Of a stretch of DNA of 51,104 bases, positions 44,374-51,104 are shown piece after piece. This stretch comes from a bacterium (GTDB taxonomy: Bacteria; Margulisbacteria; Marinamargulisbacteria; GCA-2716485; GCA-002719695). The notes below the pieces were generated by a model. That model was not told the DNA's origin and ran no database searches. It worked only from the letters and a program-made list of their open reading frames with translations. The translations under genes and the position numbers were made by a program. The stretch spans positions 1-51,104 of the forward strand of contig PBEQ01000027.1 in NCBI GenBank assembly GCA_002719695.1. Direction: 5' to 3'. Numbering within the stretch: the stretch's first letter is position 1; each line of letters starts with the position of its first letter.

Positions 44374-46698
44374 ATGAAACAATCATTAACACTTAAATTA
44401 TCTTTGGACAATTTTTTGAAAAAAAATTACCCAAATTCATTTCTTTTTAATAAAATGCTTATTCAGAAAGGAATTGAAAATGCGAACTTTATTCCTAAAC
44501 ATTTGCACAGATCATGGCCTTTTTGGGTTGCAAAACAACTTCAATTAAGCTCACCTCCTCATATTTCAGGACCTAACTTTTCTGGTCTGATCAATACAAA
44601 ATATCGCAATTGGACTTATTTAAGTAATCCAAATTCAAATAATGCTGTTATAGTAGATCCGTCCGGGTTGGTATATACCAAAGAAAAACCTTTTTCTGTT
44701 GATTTTTGGATTAGTAATACAGATAGCTTATTTACACCATCTAATTGTAACGACATATCACAGCAGTATCTTACGGATTCTAATAGTGTTTTAACATCAT
44801 TTTCACTTTCACAACTCGATATTGAATCTCATGTTATATTTTCTCATTTACCTGGTAATTACGACTTTGCATTTTGTAATTACAAACTATCTAATAATAC
44901 TAAAAAAAATATTAAGTTTTCTTTTTATATTGCTATTAGACCCTTTGATTGTGAAGGTGTCACTACAGTAGAATCTATCCAATATTTACAAAGTGGTAAC
45001 TTTATTGTTAATGACCAAATTGGTCTTATTTTAGATCAAAAGCCAGATAATATTGTCTGTCTTGCCTCTCAAGATGGTGATGTTAGCGAACATTTTAATA
45101 AACTAGAAATGATTTTTGATGCTCATTGTAAAATCAAAAAGGCCTCTGCATTTGCTGAATATCGGTTGGTTATTGCGCCTAATGAAACGATTTCGTTATC
45201 ATATAAACTTCCCTGTATTACCAAACAATTTTCATCAAATAGTCCTACGTTTTTTTCTAAGAAATTGTCGTTAGATCAAATTAAAAAGACCTATCAACCA
45301 TTTATATTTAATGACATCTTAAAAGAAATAGCATTTAACAACTCTGATTTACGACATAAGGATTTAACATTTTCTATTCCAGATAAAACGCTCAACAAAT
45401 TTTTAATGGCTCAATATTCCTATCTTATCTCTTCAATGCATCCTCAATTATTTAAGCATGGGTATTATCAAGACATTAACCATAGTATTTTAGATCATTT
45501 ATTTTTTATCAAAACTCTTTATATAGCTGGTTATAAACCAGCACTCTATTCTAATATTTTTTCACTCAGTTATCTCAATCAAGTATATGATTATTTAAAA
45601 CGAAAAAAAATATTTTTTACTGACTTGGATCGTTGGTTTGAGATGATTCATTATTGTAATAACGCAAATATTATCACTATTACTCAAGACTGTTATCATG
45701 TTCTTTACAAAATACTTTTATATGGTATCAACCAATTTAAGTTTTATTCCCATGATTTTAAAACACTGGCTCCGCGTTTTGATATGTATTCCAGCCAAAA
45801 AACAACATTTTTATCTGATCTTATTGGGTTACATGGAAGTATAAAATGGTTTGAACTACTAACAACCGAGCTATCATTTCCACCAGATAAACGAATTAAT
45901 ATTGATGAGTTACACCAATATAATATCTTAATTAACAACTCCATCAATCATTATTGTGAATTAGTTTCAAAAAAAATCTACTTTAAGGATATTGTCCCAG
46001 TAACAACAACACAATCAATCAATTTAAATTTAATTAAAACACTTGCTTTGTATGCAACTTATTTTCCGAAAGAAGAAAATCGGATTACTGAATCATTAAA
46101 AAATATTAAAAATCACTTAGTTTACAATCATTTGATATTTTCTATGATTAAACCCTCTGGTTTTTCACTTGAGCATAACCTAGAGTATATTAATTTACTC
46201 CTTAAGTTAAATCCTACGACTGTTTTTGATGTTGTGACTAATCTTCTAGCGTGCTCAACATCTACCTACACCTTTCCTGATGTAATCCACCCTACAACGA
46301 ATGGTGGTAGTGAAGGTGATGGGCATAATATTAAACATGGTGTTGCACTCGCTCAGTACGTATTTGATAGCATAATTAACCTAAACAAAAAAACCTTAGC
46401 ATTATTTTCAGGTATTCCTACTCAATGGCTAACGGATCATTCATGGCATATTTCTAACTATAACGTTGGTTCTGAAACTATTTCCTTATCTATTAAACAA
46501 TCTCCTATTGAAACCATTTTGGAAATAACACCGGCTAAAGGAAAGTCTTTTGATTTTATTTCTATTAATACGCAAAACCAGTTCAAGTCATTTATACTAA
46601 ATGATAAAGAAATTATAATTCAAGCAGATACAGTTAAAATACCAAAATCTGAAACGTGTATCCGCCTCATTAAACACGATGTTAACTCAAATTTCTAA
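44374..46698 (+). CDS. Large hypothetical cytoplasmic protein (about 774 aa)
   Basis: A long ORF between corC and rlmD that overlaps rlmD by 20 nt. I saw no signal peptide and no confident family. The ATG at 44374 is preferred over the TTG at 44353. Confidence 0.6.
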   Translation: MKQSLTLKLSLDNFLKKNYPNSFLFNKMLIQKGIENANFIPKHLHRSWPFWVAKQLQLSSPPHISGPNFSGLINTKYRNWTYLSNPNSNNAVIVDPSGLVYTKEKPFSVDFWISNTDSLFTPSNCNDISQQYLTDSNSVLTSFSLSQLDIESHVIFSHLPGNYDFAFCNYKLSNNTKKNIKFSFYIAIRPFDCEGVTTVESIQYLQSGNFIVNDQIGLILDQKPDNIVCLASQDGDVSEHFNKLEMIFDAHCKIKKASAFAEYRLVIAPNETISLSYKLPCITKQFSSNSPTFFSKKLSLDQIKKTYQPFIFNDILKEIAFNNSDLRHKDLTFSIPDKTLNKFLMAQYSYLISSMHPQLFKHGYYQDINHSILDHLFFIKTLYIAGYKPALYSNIFSLSYLNQVYDYLKRKKIFFTDLDRWFEMIHYCNNANIITITQDCYHVLYKILLYGINQFKFYSHDFKTLAPRFDMYSSQKTTFLSDLIGLHGSIKWFELLTTELSFPPDKRINIDELHQYNILINNSINHYCELVSKKIYFKDIVPVTTTQSINLNLIKTLALYATYFPKEENRITESLKNIKNHLVYNHLIFSMIKPSGFSLEHNLEYINLLLKLNPTTVFDVVTNLLACSTSTYTFPDVIHPTTNGGSEGDGHNIKHGVALAQYVFDSIINLNKKTLALFSGIPTQWLTDHSWHISNYNVGSETISLSIKQSPIETILEITPAKGKSFDFISINTQNQFKSFILNDKEIIIQADTVKIPKSETCIRLIKHDVNSNF

Positions 46699-48022
46699 TG
46701 AACCTATAGAAGTTGTTAAACTTGTAAATGGGGGCTATGGCTTAGGTTATTATAACAACAAACCATTGTTTATTCCTAAAACGGTTCCCGGAGACTACGT
46801 TGATGTCGTATTAACTCGTAGAAAAAAGTATTATTCTTTTGCCAAAGTTATTCGATACATAAAAAAATCTTCTTTTAGGCAAGTTGATTCATGTAATCAT
46901 GCTAATGATTGTGGTGGTTGTCAATTTCAAGATATTAATTATGCAAACCAGCTAACACTTAAGCAAGATTGCCTTCATGATACTATTACGCATGATGCAC
47001 CGTTTTTACTACCTTACTTAAAACCAATTGTTCCCTGTAAAACAATACAATATCATCGTAATAAAATGGAATTTGCTTTTTATCAATCAGAAAACTTAAC
47101 GCTAGGTCTTAAAGAACAACTTAACCCAACTAATGTTATTCCTGTTTCACAATGTTTGTTAATGTCTGAAACCTCTAATCACATTCTTAATTTTACAAGA
47201 AACTTTTTTGAAAAATCTCAATTAAGTGTTTGGGATTCTCGTAAACAAACAGGTTGCTTAAGTCATTTAATGATCAGACATTCAAAAGCATTTGATACTT
47301 ATATGGTTAATATTTTAGCAAGTTCTTATGAACCTATATTTTCTGATTATGCGCTCTCTTTATATCAACAATTTCCTCAAATAAAATCTATCAATTTATT
47401 AAAGTTTATCAATAAAAAAGGTACGCCTTCTTCTACATCTTGCCACTATTTACATGGAGATCGCTATATTTTTGAAACCATTAATAATCTTACCTTTCGT
47501 ATTTCTCCTTTATCTTTTTTTCAAACAAATAGTCTCCAAGTTGGAATATTGTATGAGATTGTTAAAGAATCCTGTGCTTTAAAACCGGGACAAACATTAT
47601 TGGATTTATATTGTGGGACAGGTACGATTGGTCAATATGTTAGTCAAGGTAAGTATAACTTAGTTGGGATTGACGAGATTTCTGAAGCAATTGAAGATGC
47701 TAAAGAAAATGCGCGTTTTAACAACATTGAGAATGTTACCTATTTTTCTGGTAGAGTAAAAAATATTTTAAAATTCAACTCATTTTCTCCTGACTGTATT
47801 ATTATTGATCCTCCTCGATCTGGTATGGTTCCAAAAGCACTTAAACGTGTTTGCGAACTTAATTGTAAACAATTAGTTTATGTTTCTTGTAATCCGGTTA
47901 GTCTGATTAGAGATCTTAAATTACTTACTGAATATGGATATCAGGTTACTACATTTACTCCAGTTGATATGTTTCCTCATACCTATCACCTTGAATGTGT
48001 TGTTTCATTATCATTATCATAA
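46679..48022 (+). CDS. rlmD: 23S rRNA (uracil-C5)-methyltransferase RlmD/RumA family
   Basis: Has a TRAM-like N-terminus, the Fe-S Cys cluster CNHANDCGGCQFQ, SAM motifs DLYCGTGTIG and IIIDPPRSG, and the catalytic VYVSCNP. Confidence 0.88.
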   Translation: MLTQISNEPIEVVKLVNGGYGLGYYNNKPLFIPKTVPGDYVDVVLTRRKKYYSFAKVIRYIKKSSFRQVDSCNHANDCGGCQFQDINYANQLTLKQDCLHDTITHDAPFLLPYLKPIVPCKTIQYHRNKMEFAFYQSENLTLGLKEQLNPTNVIPVSQCLLMSETSNHILNFTRNFFEKSQLSVWDSRKQTGCLSHLMIRHSKAFDTYMVNILASSYEPIFSDYALSLYQQFPQIKSINLLKFINKKGTPSSTSCHYLHGDRYIFETINNLTFRISPLSFFQTNSLQVGILYEIVKESCALKPGQTLLDLYCGTGTIGQYVSQGKYNLVGIDEISEAIEDAKENARFNNIENVTYFSGRVKNILKFNSFSPDCIIIDPPRSGMVPKALKRVCELNCKQLVYVSCNPVSLIRDLKLLTEYGYQVTTFTPVDMFPHTYHLECVVSLSLS

Positions 48023-48110
48023 TAGTCATATCGTTAATCTTGCTACTTAATATTACATTATCAACATACTTGAAGATGCTAGACAACTTGCGTTACACTA
48101 AGTTTTAACT

Positions 48111-48914
48111 ATGGAATACAAAAATAAAATTCATCAACTTGATGAGCAAAATGATGAATTACTAAATCTTTCAACAATGCTTAATAAAGCGATTCAAACA
48201 TGTCGTCGAAAAGAATTAAATTTAGTTATTAAATTTTTAGAAAACTTTTCAAATGATACTAATCAAGATCAAAACTCTCTTGCAGAAAGTCCTGATTATA
48301 TTAGTTATTCTTCAGATAAAGCTGAACATGAAAAGTTCAAAAGTATCGTCACGGATTTAAGAACCTTATATGATACAGATAAACCAGCTGCACATCTTAT
48401 CTTTTTTATGAGAAAACATATTGATCAGTTGATGTCTCATATTCAAAACCGTGCTCATTCTGCGCAAGAGTCTACACAAACATTGGATCATAGTAGTCCT
48501 CATGAGATATTTGAGGCTTATCTTAAAAAAAATGATAGTCGTTATACCAAGAATAAGCGTTTTATTACTGAAGAAATTTTTAATCTAACAGATCATTTTG
48601 AAGTTGAAAACTTTATTGATCATCTACGTTCTCAAACGAAAGATATTTCTCGTGCCACAGTCTACCGTACGATCAAACAATTATTAGATGCCAATCTATT
48701 ACAAAAGATTTCTACCTTAGATGGAAAAGTATTTTATGAGCATTCAAAAGCTCAAGTTCAACATGCTCATATTATTTGTAATCAATGTGGAAATATTACT
48801 GAAATGCATGATGATAACCTTCAGGATTTAATTACTAATTATTGTGATACGATTGACTTTACAATGTCATATCAATCTATCCATATTTATGGAACATGTA
48901 AGAATTGCTCTTAA
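48111..48914 (+). CDS. Fur-family metalloregulator with an N-terminal extension of about 125 aa
   Basis: The C-terminal roughly 140 aa has a winged helix (ISRATVYRTIKQLLDANLL), HAHIICNQCG and GTCKNC (the C4 structural site). The upstream 99 or more codons are in frame and stop-free. Confidence 0.75.
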   Translation: MEYKNKIHQLDEQNDELLNLSTMLNKAIQTCRRKELNLVIKFLENFSNDTNQDQNSLAESPDYISYSSDKAEHEKFKSIVTDLRTLYDTDKPAAHLIFFMRKHIDQLMSHIQNRAHSAQESTQTLDHSSPHEIFEAYLKKNDSRYTKNKRFITEEIFNLTDHFEVENFIDHLRSQTKDISRATVYRTIKQLLDANLLQKISTLDGKVFYEHSKAQVQHAHIICNQCGNITEMHDDNLQDLITNYCDTIDFTMSYQSIHIYGTCKNCS

Positions 48915-48977
48915 GTTAGCTGTTTACAACGTGTAACACTCTGTTTATATACACTGTAATTATGGTATAACTAAACT

Positions 48978-49208
48978 ATGGAAACACTTATAGGCACCTT
49001 TATTATTATATGCTTAGCTTTTTTAGGCTTTGGTGTTGGTGTATTGTTTTTTGGTAAAACAGCAAGCCATGATGCCTGTGGCAAGGTTCCTGAAATTGAT
49101 CCTGAAGAGTGCTTATCTCAAAAAGCGGGTTTATGTCCTTTTGAAGATGACTCAGGGGGGCTCAAAATGCAGCGTAAAGCGCGTGTTAATTACCCTAGTT
49201 CTTCATAA
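48978..49208 (+). CDS. Small single-TM Cys-containing protein (NqrM/DUF539-like architecture)
   Basis: An N-terminal TM (LIGTFIIICLAFLGFGVGVLFF) is followed by spaced Cys residues (ACGK...EECL...GLCP). The functional assignment is tentative. Confidence 0.45.
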   Translation: METLIGTFIIICLAFLGFGVGVLFFGKTASHDACGKVPEIDPEECLSQKAGLCPFEDDSGGLKMQRKARVNYPSSS

Positions 49209-50042
49209 AACGTTATAACTTTGGCATGCAGACTGTAGTTGATTTAAAAATTCTGTATCTTCATGTAGTCCAACTCTCTTTAAATACTGATTTAAATTAG
49301 TAAATAGACGTTTTATCCCTTGAGTATGTATATCTTGATCTGAAAAAGCTGCGATCATTTCTGGTAGGCCTCTTCCACATTTAATATTTACTGTTATTCT
49401 TTCGTTTGGATTTTCAAAATCAAATTTAACAAATAATTTAAATGCTGTATTTGGGTCTGGCTTATGTAAATTTTGTGGATAGGTACGAACATAAATAGCT
49501 TTTTTTTGTTTCTCAAAATAAGATTTTGCGATAGTTATAAGATCCTTTTCTGATAGCTTTAGATTTAAATTTATTTTTTGATCATTAGATATTTTCCCAT
49601 TATTAACTTCATACTGCCTAATTGTTTCCCCTTGCCATAAAAAGCATTGGTCTTTACAAGGAAAATTACGCTTAACTAGTAGTTGATCTTTTTTCAATTT
49701 TATTGTTGACTCTATGTTTCCAAAACTTGAAACCAGACATGTCTTCCTATCTATCATTTTAACAACAATAATATGATTATCACCTCTTAAATGCATTGTT
49801 GCTAGGTTGTTTTCTTCTACATATTTTAATGCTTTTGTAAAACACATACCCGTTGCATGCGGTTGCAAATTCTCACCTTCCTTTAATTGACATGCTGCTG
49901 GAATACTACTATATGTAATGTATTCGCTATGAGTAGGTATCCATGGCTCAACATTATGTCTTCTTTGTGTTCTTTCTTTCTTCTTATCTAAGGCCTGTGA
50001 AGATTTTCCTGCTGGTGGCCTTGGGATTGATTTTACAGACAC
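49203..50042 (-). CDS. Hypothetical protein, a possible papain-fold Cys peptidase-like effector
   Basis: A 279-aa ORF with a GTG start. Its N-terminal region has an ordered Q...C...H pattern (CQLKEGENLQPHATGMCFTKAL ... GDNHIIVVKMID). Confidence 0.5.
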   Translation of the reverse strand: MSVKSIPRPPAGKSSQALDKKKERTQRRHNVEPWIPTHSEYITYSSIPAACQLKEGENLQPHATGMCFTKALKYVEENNLATMHLRGDNHIIVVKMIDRKTCLVSSFGNIESTIKLKKDQLLVKRNFPCKDQCFLWQGETIRQYEVNNGKISNDQKINLNLKLSEKDLITIAKSYFEKQKKAIYVRTYPQNLHKPDPNTAFKLFVKFDFENPNERITVNIKCGRGLPEMIAAFSDQDIHTQGIKRLFTNLNQYLKRVGLHEDTEFLNQLQSACQSYNVL

Positions 50043-50150
50043 TGTTACTTTATTTTTTTCTTTTAGTTTATAGCTTTTTGCCTCATTATTTAAAAGCTTA
50101 TATCTAGTTATCGTGTTTTAGAGACAAAAAATTCTATAATTTTTATTGGT

Positions 50151-50176
50151 GTGACATAAACGACCGTTTATGTCAC
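50151..50176. promoter_or_regulatory. 26-bp palindrome GTGACATAAACGACCGTTTATGTCAC in a divergent promoter region
   Basis: It has 12-bp perfect arms around a 2-nt centre. It lies between the starts at 50042 (-) and 50260 (+) and shares the core CATAAACGAnCGTTTATG with 5619-5638. Confidence 0.4.
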
Positions 50177-50259
50177 TAAAATAAGACAAACTTATTTTAG
50201 ATATCGTCGCATAGTATGAGCTAAATGGGAGAAAAACGTTTCTCAGGCTATAATAAAGT

Positions 50260-51104
50260 ATGTTTTGGCGTTATGTATTTTCTTTCTTTTCGTATCAACA
50301 AACAGCTCTTACTCATTTCTTATTTTTACGCTCATTAGGCATTATTTATTTTATTGCATTTTTAGTTTTTGTTAACCAAGGGGAAGGCTTACTTGGCTCA
50401 AATGGAATTTCTCCTGCATATTTATTTCTTGAATCTGTTAAAGCATCTATTTCTTTTTGGGATCTTCCTAGCATTTTTTGGTTTTATATATCAGATTCAT
50501 TTTTATTTTGGTCAGGTTGTTTTGGATTAACCTTATCAGTTCTTGTTGCGTGTGGTCTCACCAATGCTATTGCCATGTTTATTTTATGGGCTCTCTATAT
50601 GTCCATTATGCATATTGGACAACAGTTTTATGGATTTGGTTGGGAAACATTACTTTTAGAAACAGGCTTTTTAGCTATTTTTTTATGCCCAGTTTTTGAT
50701 TGGCAACCCTTTTCTTCTAAGATTCCGCGGCCTACTATCATTTTTATTCTTATTTTATGGCTTTTATTTCGTAATATGTTTGGGGCTGGTTTAATCAAAC
50801 TACGTGGGGATGCTGTTTGGACTGATTTAACAGCCCTTGTTTATCACTTTGAAACACAGCCCATTCCAAATCCACTCAGTTGGTTTTTTCATCACCTGCC
50901 CGTTCCTATTTTGAAAGTTGGCGTTTTATTTAATCATTTTTCCGAACTAATTGTTCCTTTTTTCTTGTTTGGACCTCGTTTATGCCGTCATCTAGCAGCT
51001 CTTATTATTATTCTATTTCAATTTACCTTAATTTTAAGTGGCAATCTTTCTTGGTTAAATTGGCTTACCATTGTTCAATGTATTCCCGCTTTTGATGATA
51101 GCCG
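50260..51104 (+). CDS. Lipase maturation factor (LMF1) family membrane protein, 3'-truncated by the window end
   Basis: My own translation from the ATG at 50260 gives FYGFGWETLLLETGFLAIFL, LFRNMFGAGLIKLRGDAVWTDLTALVYHFETQPIPNPLSWFFHH and NHFSELIVPFFLFGPR. It is collinear with the eukaryotic LMF1 core. The frame is open to the window end, so it is absent from the ORF track. Confidence 0.88.
   Translation, partial: MFWRYVFSFFSYQQTALTHFLFLRSLGIIYFIAFLVFVNQGEGLLGSNGISPAYLFLESVKASISFWDLPSIFWFYISDSFLFWSGCFGLTLSVLVACGLTNAIAMFILWALYMSIMHIGQQFYGFGWETLLLETGFLAIFLCPVFDWQPFSSKIPRPTIIFILILWLLFRNMFGAGLIKLRGDAVWTDLTALVYHFETQPIPNPLSWFFHHLPVPILKVGVLFNHFSELIVPFFLFGPRLCRHLAALIIILFQFTLILSGNLSWLNWLTIVQCIPAFDDS

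Noticed and set aside
50478-50699. The 73-aa + strand track ORF.
   Set aside because: It is in a different frame from the strongly supported LMF1-like ORF that covers the same bases.

Overview
This is an AT-rich bacterial chromosomal window that uses the standard genetic code: TGA acts as a stop at 2779-2781 and 4702-4704. I support about 45 protein-coding genes. I found no rRNA, tRNA, CRISPR array, transposase or integrase.

Housekeeping genes:
- ribA, a pyrD-like gene, hemF, typA/bipA, ileS and a PfkB kinase.
- coaX, the giant NAD-glutamate dehydrogenase and miaA.
- A pgpH-ybeY-dgkA-corC block and rlmD/rumA.

Accessory regions:
1. 1-5219: a putative zinc-starvation island. It holds a His-rich ArsP-like permease, ribA, a ZrgA-like DUF2796 protein, a MerC-like protein, an ABC ATPase, an FtsX-like permease and a DUF3299 protein.
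2. 7913-9534: a small protein with a type-IX-secretion-style C-terminal domain, coupled to a PorV/PorQ-like barrel.
3. 13127-25779: a roughly 12.6 kb envelope-sensing island.
   - A beta-propeller gene sits next to a CHASE2 class III nucleotide cyclase.
   - The cyclase converges on a translationally coupled operon: a 977-aa multi-module secreted protein, a FecR-domain protein, and an outer-membrane barrel.
   - Alongside is an atypical two-component set with pseudo-receiver modules and an XRE/S24-like regulator.
4. 30805-33290: a compositionally distinct eukaryote-like region.
   - It contains a 13 x 31-aa HEAT/PBS-lyase repeat gene flanked by a duplicated hairpin leader.
   - It also has a start-less ORF remnant with an IQ-like motif, and orphan genes.
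5. 48111-51104: a Fur-family regulator with a long N-terminal extension, a possible papain-fold effector-like protein, and a 3'-truncated bacterial lipase-maturation-factor (LMF1) homologue that the ORF track misses.

Three short ORFs are not in the track. Two have strong Shine-Dalgarno sequences (25894-26010 + and 39053-39205 -). The third follows the upstream stop by 2 nt (32833-32955 -). A shared palindromic motif (CATAAACGAnCGTTTATG) occurs twice.

All family assignments come from motif recognition by eye. No database search was run.
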